A DNA stretch of 32,000 nt from Candidatus Saccharimonadota bacterium (lineage in GTDB: Bacteria; Patescibacteriota; Gracilibacteria; BD1-5; UBA2023): the NCBI GenBank assembly GCA_046350815.1, contig JAXLZO010000001.1, forward strand, positions 690,001 to 722,000, given 5' to 3'. Numbering within the stretch: the stretch's first letter is position 1; every line of letters begins with the position of its first letter. This document shows, in pieces, positions 1 to 8,416 of this stretch. The notes under the pieces were generated by a model that saw only the letters and a program-made list of their open reading frames with translations, did not search any database and had not been told where the DNA came from. A program made the position numbers and the translations under genes.

Positions 1-1
1 A

Positions 2-526
2 CTCTTGAATGGACAGTTCTTCGGGAATTATTATGCACTCCAGCCAGGTTATACTTCTCGGCTTGCTTTTGGTGTATTTCAAGATGGTGATGTCCTTTCA
101 CTTGGATATGGTCGCATCGAGGCATATCGCAAGAAGATACTGACAATCTCATCAAAATGAGCTCGTATTCAATGATACAAGCTCTCAAATGCCTATGCTC
201 TCAAATGAGAAACAGGCTCACTCGCGATCGTCGGTCTTCATCCACTCGCGAATAAAGATTCACGATCAGAAAGTAATCTTGGTCGTGTCTATGTTGGTGT
301 TGGTGGTGCGAAGATTCGTGGCGGATGATCTTCAAAGATATACTTTCTCGTTGCGACTGGCATAGAGGAACGAGAAGCTTTTGCTATCCTTCGCAAAGCA
401 TGAGCTCGTGAGACAATGATGCTCGATGGGGGATGATCGACGCAGATCTGGGCAGCCGGACAGTCTCGTATATCCTCATCTCGTCCTATTCCGCACGCAA
501 TAGCTCTCTTCTCAGCTAATCGTTAG
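2..526 (+). CDS. C-terminal fragment of a phosphodiester-glycosidase-like (DUF2233/NAGPA-type) protein; the 5' end lies outside the window
   Basis: Frame 2 is open from the window edge to TAG 524-526 when the 6 in-frame TGA are read as Gly. The product ends ...AGARETMMLDGGGSTQIWAAGQSR. MLDGGGS is the motif I associate with this family. The family call is from memory only. Confidence 0.45.
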
Positions 527-2009
527 AAGAATTTTTCATGGATTCTTCGTACTGCTTCATATATTTTTCAAAGATGGCGGAAATTTGATATTCCCGGGTT
601 GTTATCTTTTGATGCTTACCTGTTTCTATTCTCTCCTTTAAGTTGTTTCTCTCATCCTCGGATGCAATCCAAAGAAAGAAAAATATTTTTTCGTAGGCTT
701 TCTCATTCTCCATCTGTTTATCAGCAGTCATATTACGAAGATGAAGATACCAGTTTTTTGATTTTTCTTGTTTTGTTAAAAGAGTCTCAAAAAGTCCAAT
801 CAATCATCAAATTCTTTGAAAATCTCACTTATTTACATGAAGTTTTCGGTCGAGATGAGATGCACTCTTCCCTCCAAGAGTATGGGTATAAGAATTATTT
901 ATACTCGCTAGCTCCCGCAAGGATAATCTTGTTGTATTTTTGTCTTTTATTTCTGATCCTATGTATTGAATTTTTGTGGGCATATCCATATCTTTGTCAT
1001 AATTTCCACCGTATAATTCATCATAATATATAGTATCCACATCTCAGATAGATGCTTTCCCCCAATCAATTATATATGGTGTGTACTCTAAATTTTCTGT
1101 TTGTTGAAACATGATATTTCGAGGATTGCCCGATAAATCCCTGTGATGTAGTGATATTTTTTGTAAATCCTCTATAAAGAGCCGAATTTTTGATCGAATT
1201 TGATATTTTTGTACATCTGTGAAAAGTTCGATTTTTGAAAGATATTTTTTATAGATACCTTCAATAGCTGGGTAAACTTTTCTTCATCCGTCAAAATAAT
1301 ACATTCACGGATTCTCATTAATAATACCTTGTTTGCAAAGTTCCAGTAGTATAAGATTGACTTGATCTTCCGCATGTGAGTCATTTTCAAAATGTATATT
1401 TCCATCCCGGTTTATAAGATATGAGAAAATGGTTTCAAAATTTGGCAGGTCCCGTAATAAGAACTGCTCTGCAATTTTCTCCAGTGTCATACAATAGAGG
1501 GTTTTTCCATTGACGCGCTCCATTACAAGATAGCCATCTATATTATCTTCGTCATTCTTTTGATTAAAGGAATCTATGAGATAAGGTACCTTTATGCCAG
1601 AAATACTTTCTCTGGATACATCGTAAGCAAGCTGATGCATACTTTCCTCATTGTCCTTAGAGCTTCCTGGGCGTTTCTTTGCGACGACAACCATCATACC
1701 ATTGAGATCGATGTAATAAATCTCTCATTCTTGGCCACGAGTAACAGGAGTCGTATCGGCAATTTGGGAGAGAACTTGCTTGCGAAGAAGTATTTTGAAT
1801 GCTTCTTCTTGATCTGCTCATGTAAGTACATGTTTCAATACATCCATCTTCTCTTGAGAAGAGAGTTCATTTAAAAGTGCTCCAACTTTCGCACCAATGC
1901 CTTGAATCGTATCTTGTGAACGAGCAGAAACTTCTTGATCGAAGTTTGCTTGTACTTTTGTTAATGGAGGGGTAGTACGAGGGTGATGTGGGATCGATAT
2001 GTTTGGCAT
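516..2009 (-). CDS. protein-kinase-like fold protein (497 aa), function unknown
   Basis: Standard-code pieces 1818-2009, 1305-1697, 825-1040 and 516-803 share one frame and are joined by 8 TGA. I checked codon by codon that no TAA/TAG lies between ATG 2009 and TAG 516-518. It has a catalytic-loop-like LHHRDLSGNPRNIMF and a downstream IIDWGKA. Confidence 0.6.
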
Positions 2010-2429
2010 AATATTACGTATTTGCTGTTCATACTAACATAGTTTTTTATTTTTGTAAATAAAAAACGCTTTTATTTGGATTTATCATTATTGAAGAGAG
2101 AGCGTAAAAATTATTTGTAACTATAGATTTATATCGTATAGTATACGCGTGTCCAAATACCGACACATGATGTTATGTTTTCATTCCCTGGGCAATTCGG
2201 ACTCTCTGGCATGATGATATTGTCCATGAAAATGGTGCAATAGAATCACTGATAGTAATATCTTCAGTAGCCGTTCTCTTTGGGTGGACTTGAGAATACC
2301 AGCCTAGGACTTCAGGACGAAGTCACCTCCTACGCAGGATAACCCAAAAATAGTCGACCTGCAACGACCATTTGATCCCTCAATGCATTGCAGCGAGGGG
2401 TTTTGAATAAAAATGCAAGGAGAATAAAT

Positions 2430-2747
2430 ATGATAATCAATCCAAGAATTTTGAATGTAGAGTTCATTCAGAGCCCGATTTTTTATCAACTGTCTCATGA
2501 TATACCTATTGCCTTTCTCGCAGGATATATTTTCTATGCTCAGATTGAAGTAGAGTATCATGAAAAAAGCAAAGTAACGGTTATGATTGATCGACAAGTG
2601 ATTGTTCGTGCGAATGTAAAGTCAATTCGACGTGGACGCCGTAAAATAAGAAAGATGGTTCGGAGATTCGAATGTTATCTTTATATGCAACATAAACCAG
2701 CTACAGACCCAGATTTTGTAAGGAAAATTTGTGGTTTCCCACACTAA
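2430..2747 (+). CDS. small basic hypothetical protein (105 aa)
   Basis: AAGGAG at 2417-2422 lies 7 nt before ATG 2430. The ORF runs to TAA 2745-2747 and is followed directly by a strong hairpin. The C-terminus is Arg/Lys-rich (RRGRRKIRKMVRR). No family recognised. Confidence 0.55.
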   Translation: MIINPRILNVEFIQSPIFYQLSHDIPIAFLAGYIFYAQIEVEYHEKSKVTVMIDRQVIVRANVKSIRRGRRKIRKMVRRFECYLYMQHKPATDPDFVRKICGFPH

Positions 2748-2749
2748 CG

Positions 2750-2771
2750 AAAGCCCCCATTTGGGGGCTTT
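2750..2771. terminator. bidirectional intrinsic terminator shared by convergent genes
   Basis: AAAGCCCCCA / TGGGGGCTTT inverted repeat with an A-run on one side and a T-run on the other. The nth stop codon (2770-2772) lies in its right arm. Confidence 0.7.
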
Positions 2772-3408
2772 AATATTCTCTCTTCGATGGACAGCTTTGT
2801 GCGAGAGGACACTCACTACATCGGGGATTTCTTGCAGTACACATATATCGTCCGAAGAGGACAATGGCATGGTGAGTTTGGCTTTTTTGCGATGTTCCGA
2901 GATGCTTTTCGATCCACTTGTCCGTCTCTTCAGGGGTTTTGGTATTACAGAGTCTGAGTCGATTAAATACTCGGTGAATATGTGTATCGACGCCAATGTA
3001 GGGGAGATCGTAGAGATGTGAGAGGACGACTTTTGCTGTCTTGATGCCGACTCAGGGGAGGGTGATGATTTCTTCGATCGTATCTGGGATGAAACTATCA
3101 AAATCTTCTCTCAAAATCTTTGCTGTCTTGAGGATATTTGCTGATTTGTTGTGATAAAAATTTACCCGAGAGAGATAGGATTCGATACGATCTATTGTCC
3201 AATCTTTGAGGTCCGCTGGTTCTCGTACGAGTGCAAAAAACTCGGGAGTAACTCGATTGACCTGTTTGTCCGTCGTCTGAGCAGAGAGCATCACGGCCAT
3301 CAGGAGCTGAAAAGGTGTCTCATAGACGAGTTCAATTTGCTTCTCCGGATAGAGTGCGAGGATCGCATCGAGGACTTCTTGGATGCGGGCTTTTGAGATT
3401 CGTGGCAT
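2770..3408 (-). CDS. nth: endonuclease III (DNA glycosylase/AP lyase)
   Basis: MPRISKARIQEVLDAILALYP...LLMAVMLSAQTTDKQVN...ITLP-G-VGIKTAKVVL (HhH-GPD motif; the Gly is TGA 3052-3054). The C-terminal 4Fe-4S motif is CTARNPRCSECPLAQSC. 213 codons ending in TAA. Confidence 0.9.
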
Positions 3409-3452
3409 GATCAATAAAGAAGCTATTATATTGACAAATTCATTTCACGAAA

Positions 3453-4100
3453 TTAATATCGAATCAGAAAATTTGGATCTGGGCAGATATATTTCATGTT
3501 CGGTACATCCTCTACCCAACAATACCCTCTGTTTTTCCATGTATCCATCTCCTCTCCAGTGAATATCTGTAAATGAAGATGTACAAACCAATTTCCATTT
3601 TCACTTGTATTTCCGAGTTTTCCGATGGATTCTCCCTGTGGTATGATGGATTGTGTATTGAGAGATTCATATGAGAGATGTCCATAGAGTGCATAGAAGA
3701 CGGTTCATCAGAGTGTGTATCGTATAATCATGTATCAGCCATAGTTGCCATCTCATTCTTCATAACCACGTTCATATACCTCTCAATGAAGTGGATTAAA
3801 AAGAGATAATGCCTCTGTTGGTGTAATATCAACACCAAGATGATAAATTCTTCCTTGCTGTTGAATATGAGTTCCCTTGAGAATATGTGATCTGTTCTCA
3901 AGATATCATCCGAGTCACCATATCTTCCCACTATTTTTCAGATGTTCACGATTGTAGTTATTCATATCATCCATGTTTCTCGGATCTACACTGAGAAAAT
4001 CCTCATTTGAGTAGTCAAATATATATGGATCTCATTGAGTTTGTTCTCCAAAAATTGGGAATATGGTAATGTTTTTTTGTAAAAGTGGATAGGGATACAT
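3453..4100 (-). CDS. M23 (LytM/lysostaphin-type) metallopeptidase domain protein
   Basis: This frame is invisible in the standard-code track because it holds 8 in-frame TGA. I scanned every codon from 3453 to 4100 and found no TAA/TAG. Motifs: YHLGVDI (HxxxD), YALYGHLS, GKLGNTSENGNWFVHLHLQI (HxH). By my hand count, 8 of its 24 Gly are TGA. Confidence 0.8.
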
Positions 4101-4110
4101 ATTTGAAAAA

Positions 4111-5178
4111 TTATAGATGAAGTATACTGAGATACGCTTCAGAAATATTTTGTGTGATTTTCCGGGTATCAATAGAACCAAGTAGGAAGCTCTTGAGTTG
4201 CTGTGCGTCGCCCGGATATCCATCTACGGCAAGATTTTGATTGTGAGTATCGGGGATATCTTCAATATCAACGTGATTATAGAGGTATCCGCCTCTTTTG
4301 TCATGTGTGTGAAATTGTATGCCACTTTCAAGTCCGAATTTGAGTGATTGTATGGGGTTTGATTGTTCGTTACCGATGATGCGATATTCGCCATAGATGT
4401 TATGAATACCTCTGTGCATTGCGAAACTTGCGACGGATGTTCCAAGTATGCTCATGAGGCCCTTGCCACGATGCTCTCTACATGTGCTTGCTTCAGTGAT
4501 CTCTCCATGCTGTATGACAGTTCCATCTTCAAGAACATGAGGTTGATGACTGTAGAGTATTGCTGCTACGAGATTCTGAGCTCGATCTCGTATTCATAGT
4601 GCAAAACTTCAACTTTGAGTGTCAATCACATCGCTTTGACATGCACTCTCACTCCAGCCAAATGGTCTCCACAAATGAGCAAGCTCGTGAGCTTCAAGTT
4701 GACTTGTGAGTTGAAATCCTTGTTGTTCCATATGATGAATACGATTGAGACTATGAGATTCAAAATCTCAAATTCTGTGTGCGATATCATCAATATATTT
4801 GCTATTCTTTGCTACTAGTGTATTCATAGTTGCCTCAGATAGATCACGGTCTCTGCGATTGAGCGCAAAAGTAACATACCAAAATGGTCGTTGGTTTCCA
4901 GGTGTTTGATCGAGATAATATGAGAATGTTCCACTAATGCGTTCGCAAAATCCCTCAATCTCTTTGATTTCATTTTGGTCTGCGATGAGTAGAGTTCTCA
5001 CAATAAGGCGTGATTGATGCGTCTCACGAAACTTGGCTATTGATTCTTTGATAAGATTTTGATATCGTTGTGGTTCATAGAGTGTAGCGCGATCCTCAAA
5101 TGATGCTCGATGGTAGGAACGATGCGGATTCCATCATGAATCGGATCCACTATATCCAGTAGCTTGACTGAGTGTCAT
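4111..5178 (-). CDS. GNAT-type acetyltransferase domain protein (355 aa)
   Basis: Pieces 4768-5001 and 4111-4455 are joined in one frame (verified row by row) from ATG 5176-5178 to TAA 4111-4113. The acetyl-CoA-site-like motif is CREHRGKGLMSILGTSVASFAM. The N-terminal roughly 200 aa are unassigned. Confidence 0.6.
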
Positions 5179-5187
5179 ATACTATAT

Positions 5188-5994
5188 GGCTCTAGACCAG
5201 AAGAAAGTAACTCATATACTCTCTTCTTATGATCCCATACAGCAAAATATCAGTTCACGAACTTAAAAAGATTATTAAGTGCTTTTGTGTGGATATTGAT
5301 ACCACAAAAACAAGCGAGCTTTTGGGATATAATCGAAAGACGGTCAACCATTATTTCTCTATCTTTAGGAAAATAATCTACACGAATCGTATTGAGGCTT
5401 TCAAAGAAAAGATAGGTTGAGAAATAGAAGTAGATGAAAGCTATTTCTGAGCCAAGCGAAAAAGATGATTTGCAGGAAAACTTAAACGATGAAGATGAAC
5501 CCTCAAACAGCCAGTATTTTGACTCATCAAGAGAAAAGATGAGAATGGAAGAGTAGAAATATATACAGAGATTATTCCGAATTGCAAAGCTGTAACACTC
5601 CGCCCTATAATACAGGGAAAAGTCAGTGCCCCATAATCCAAGGAAAAGTCAGTCTAGAGAATTCTATCCTATATTCGGATGGCTGGAAAGGATACGATGG
5701 TCTCGTAGATGTATGAATCGACAAGCACTTTCGAGTCAACCATGGTACAAGTGAATTCTCACTTGGGAATGGAATTCACATCAATGGGATTGAGAACTTC
5801 TGGAGTTTTACAAAGCGCCGATTGAACAAGTTCAACGGCGTGAAAGTAAACTTTCACCTTCATCTCAAAGAATGTGAATGGAGATATACCAAAGAAAGCT
5901 TTGAACTTGAGCAGGAACTTCTTACAATGATTAAAATCTTTTATAAAAAATCCAGAAAATCTTAGATATTTCTAAAATCTTCTGGTCTAGAGCC
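5188..5994 (+). mobile_element. IS1595-family (ISXO2-like) insertion sequence, 807 bp
   Basis: Perfect 17-bp terminal inverted repeats GGCTCTAGACCAGAAGA (5188-5204 and the reverse complement at 5978-5994) are flanked by the direct repeat ACTATAT (5181-5187 and 5995-6001). The internal ORF has IS1595-type motifs. Confidence 0.8.
5229..5965 (+). pseudogene. IS1595-family transposase, disrupted by a 26-nt insertion (frameshift plus TAA at 5634-5636)
   Basis: N-terminal part: ...EKIG-G-EIEVDESYF-G-AKRKR-G-FAGKLKR-G-R-G-TLKQPVF-G-LIKR..IIQGKVSAP*. In the +2 frame from 5642: GKVSLENSILYSDGWKGYDGLVDV-G-IDKHFRVNHG..INGIENFWSFTKRRLNKFNGV..HLKECEWRY. Deleting 5616-5641 restores one continuous ORF. Confidence 0.8.
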
Positions 5995-6052
5995 ACTATA
6001 TTTAGCAGGTAAGTGATCTGCTTGTACTCTCTTTTTTGTATAAATCACGAAA

Positions 6053-6081
6053 TTGACTTTTTTATGCTATTTGGATATTAT
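6053..6081 (+). promoter_or_regulatory. sigma-70-like promoter
   Basis: TTGACT (6053-6058), a 17-nt spacer, then TATTAT (6076-6081), about 22 nt upstream of ATG 6104. Confidence 0.45.
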
Positions 6082-6103
6082 ATTGTTCTATTTAGAACAT
6101 TTT

Positions 6104-6739
6104 ATGAGAAAAATATCAGAGATTATCGAGCAGGTCGTAGTGAATCAACCATTTCTTGAAGAGGCACTTGCATTTGGGTTTCTCAATCTGACCGCATTCG
6201 CCGAGTATATCCGCCCGCATGTCGAGCGAGAATCTCAGAAGTCACTCTCGGTACATGCTATTAAGATGGCACTCTCACGCATGGAGAGGCCAAAAATTAT
6301 CCGTGAAACCATATCTCATCGGTCGTTTCACAATATCACTACTCGCGTTGGCTTGTCTATCATGACTCTACTGCGTTCATCAAAAAGCGTTGAGATTGTC
6401 AGTGGTTGTATGACTGAGATGAGACGGAAAAATGATCATTTTTTTACCATGATAGAGGGTGTGCAGGAGATAGATATTATCTATGATACCTCTACTCACG
6501 AGCATCTCCTCTGTCAGATTCCAGCATCTCTTCAGCTCCTCTGTGTGCCCGACTTGGCGCTTATTTCTATTGGTCTTTCGGATATCGAGATATCTACTCC
6601 ATGACTTTTTTATTCCATTACTAAGCAACTCGCATTCTATGGGATCAATATTATTCAGGTGCTTTCGACCTATCACGAATTCGGAATTATCATAAGTGTT
6701 AAAGATCTCAAAAAGGCCGTATCGGTACTAATGGGTTAA
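6104..6739 (+). CDS. ACT-domain-containing protein (211 aa)
   Basis: MRKISEIIEQVVVNQPFLEEALAFGFLNLTAFAEYIRPHVE... continues through TGA 6602-6604 to TAA 6737-6739. The C-terminal GLFYSITKQLAFYGINIIQVLSTYHEFGIIISVKDLKKAV looks like an ACT ligand-binding fold. Family call from memory. Confidence 0.5.
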
Positions 6740-6741
6740 AT

Positions 6742-6765
6742 AAATCTCCATATCGATGGAGATTT
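6742..6765 (+). terminator. intrinsic terminator
   Basis: AAATCTCCAT-atcg-ATGGAGATTT hairpin immediately after the stop codon, followed by ATTT. Confidence 0.65.
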
Positions 6766-6799
6766 ATTTGCAAAATTGTAATACTTCTCTACTATAATA

Positions 6800-6819
6800 A
6801 CCATACCCTATGGTATGGT
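6800..6819. promoter_or_regulatory. perfect 8-4-8 palindromic operator (candidate CsoR-family box)
   Basis: ACCATACC-ctat-GGTATGGT lies directly downstream of a TATAAT hexamer (6793-6798) and 21 nt upstream of the Cys-rich micro-ORF. Confidence 0.5.
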
Positions 6820-6839
6820 ATAAATTCAATCAAAAAAAT

Positions 6840-6914
6840 ATGACAAATTGCTCATGCAATCCATGCAAGTGTACGACATGTACATGCAGTGGATGCAAAT
6901 GCTCACAGCGGTAG
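6840..6914 (+). CDS. 24-aa cysteine-rich, metallothionein-like peptide
   Basis: MTNCSCNPCKCTTCTCSGCKCSQR has 9 Cys in 24 residues in CxC/CxxC spacing. An operator lies upstream and two hairpins downstream. No obvious SD. Confidence 0.5.
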   Translation: MTNCSCNPCKCTTCTCSGCKCSQR

Positions 6915-6946
6915 TTAACCGCTAAAAAACCTCCCGGATGGGAGGT
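6907..6946 (+). terminator. two tandem hairpins after the micro-ORF (weak terminator candidate)
   Basis: AGCGGT-agtta-ACCGCT (6907-6923) and ACCTCCC-ggat-GGGAGGT (6929-6946). No T-run follows. Confidence 0.35.
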
Positions 6947-6974
6947 GCCTCTGGACAAGGCATTGACAGTATAT

Positions 6975-6992
6975 CCATACCATAGGGTTTTG
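6975..6992. promoter_or_regulatory. degenerate second copy of the operator, upstream of the csoR-like gene
   Basis: CCATACC-atag-GGTTTTG: the left arm and spacer match the reverse complement of the 6800-6819 site, and the right arm matches 5 of 8. It lies in the spacer after a TTGACA at 6963-6968. Confidence 0.3.
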
Positions 6993-7011
6993 CACTTTTT
7001 CTTTCCATCTC

Positions 7012-7287
7012 ATGTCAACCTACCAAGATCGACTTTCACTCAATATCAAAAAAGCTCAATGAACCCTCAAGAAGGTGCAAGAGATGATTGAGAGTGATCA
7101 ATACTGTGCTGATATTGCCCATCAGGTCAATGCAACTATGGGATTATTGCAGAGTGTTAATCGTGAACTTCTCAAACATCATCTCTCTTGTTGTGGAGTC
7201 AAGGCACTCTCGAGTGAGGATATTGCCAAGAAAACCGAATTTATCGATGAATTGGTACGCACATGGGATGTTGCGACACGAAAATAA
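7012..7287 (+). CDS. csoR: CsoR/RcnR-family metal-sensing transcriptional repressor (DUF156)
   Basis: MSTYQDRLSLNIKKAQ-G-TLKKVQEMIESDQYCADIAHQVNATMGLLQSVNRELLKHHLSCC... The Cys in YCAD plus H-x3-C in HHLSC match the Cu(I)-type C-H-C ligand pattern. One TGA (Gly) falls in the conserved GQ/GT position. Confidence 0.8.
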
Positions 7288-7292
7288 CCCCT

Positions 7293-7748
7293 ATGTCTCT
7301 TATGAATACCAAAAAATATTATGCACTTATTCTTCGATACCTCGGCATGAGCTTTATTACAGGAGCAGTAGCACATGGATTTTTCTCTGGATACCGATCA
7401 CTGTTTACTGCAATTTTTGGGTTAGTGTTTTTCTTGAGTGCATTATTTCTTGAAAAAGAAAGTGCTTCGGTGACTCGTTATCAGATTTTTTGGAATACTC
7501 TCCTTGCTATTGGCGTTGGTATCTTCACGGGAGGTATTCAGCATTTTCCGGATTCACCTGAGCGAAGCGTTTGGATTGTGCCACTTGGTTTCATTATTGC
7601 AGCTTTTTCTTTTTCAAGGTCGCAAATGATCCACTATACTCCTCGAGATACCAAATGGCTCACCTTCACGAGTCTGGCTGTAGGAGTGGGAAGCGTTGTA
7701 ATGTTCGCTGCGCTTGAGTCATTTTCTATTATTCCTCATAATCATTAA
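7293..7748 (+). CDS. integral membrane protein, about 4 TM segments, unknown function
   Basis: MSLMNTKKYYALILRYLGMSFITGAVAHGFFSG... has hydrophobic segments throughout and ends PHNH. It starts 6 nt after the csoR stop. The start is chosen at the first ATG after that stop; an upstream ATG at 7263 would overlap csoR. Confidence 0.6.
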   Translation: MSLMNTKKYYALILRYLGMSFITGAVAHGFFSGYRSLFTAIFGLVFFLSALFLEKESASVTRYQIFWNTLLAIGVGIFTGGIQHFPDSPERSVWIVPLGFIIAAFSFSRSQMIHYTPRDTKWLTFTSLAVGVGSVVMFAALESFSIIPHNH

Positions 7749-7757
7749 TTATCTTTT

Positions 7758-8396
7758 ATGAAATCAAATCAAACCTGTCCATGCGGTCCAGACTGCAAAT
7801 GTGGGCCAAATTGTCCGTGTGAGAAGACGGGGTCTTGTGGCACTTGTCCAACCGAATCGAAGAAATGTGCTCGAAGCTGTTGTCATTTCTGGGCGATTCT
7901 CTGTGTGATCTCTTGCGTCTTCTGTGCATGAGTCATGATCTGGGGTGCTTATGTGATGCATCGAGATCTCATCAAGATGGAGGCTCTTATGAATCCATCC
8001 AATGCGTCTCTCATGACCCAATCATCTCCTTCTAAAAATATCTCATCTACCCAAGGTCAAATGAATGATCCTATGCGTGAGCATTGTAAAATGATGCCAA
8101 ATATGATGGGCTGTGAGGTATACCGAGGAGGACAAGATGCTCGTACGATGGATCCTATGGATATGAGTATGATGCAAATGGGTCAAATGCTCGCAGGCAA
8201 AATGGGAGATGATCTCGATCGTGCCTTTATCGAGGGTATGATTCCACATCATCAGGCAGCCGTTGATATGGCTCGCTATCTCACTGGCGCAAAACATCCA
8301 GAGCTTCAGAAAATGGGGCAAGATATCATCGCAGCTCAGTCCAAAGAAATCGATCAAATGAAAAAGTGGCAAGCTGAATGGGGATACGCAAAATAA
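7758..8396 (+). CDS. fusion protein: N-terminal Cys-rich (metallothionein-like) segment, one TM helix, Met-rich linker, C-terminal DUF305 domain
   Basis: MKSNQTCPCGPDCKCGPNCPCEKTGSCGTCP..CCHFWAILCVISCVFCA-G-VMIWGAYVM..MMPNMMGCE..MDPMDMSMMQMGQM..FIEGMIPHHQAAVDMARYL..AAQSKEIDQMKKW. The 7758 piece and ORF 7935-8396 are in one frame, joined by TGA 7929-7931. Confidence 0.75.
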
Positions 8397-8416
8397 AAAC
8401 TCACTAGTGAGTTTTT
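8395..8416. terminator. bidirectional intrinsic terminator
   Basis: AAAAACTCAC-ta-GTGAGTTTTT. The stop codon of the convergent gene (8415-8417) overlaps its right arm. Confidence 0.65.

Noticed and set aside
2280-2345. Resemblance to a TPP riboswitch (UGAGA...AUACCAGC.UAGGA) or to SRP RNA domain IV
   Set aside because: Only short fragments match. The pyrophosphate-sensing helix sequence (ACCUGAUCUGGAUAAUGCC-like) and the SRP GGAAGCAGCC core are absent. I kept it only as an unclassified structured leader.
5600-5660. Programmed ribosomal frameshift in the IS transposase
   Set aside because: IS1595-type transposases are single-ORF enzymes as far as I know. There is no slippery heptamer here. 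The break is explained by a 26-nt insertion carrying its own TAA, and deleting it restores the conserved sequence.
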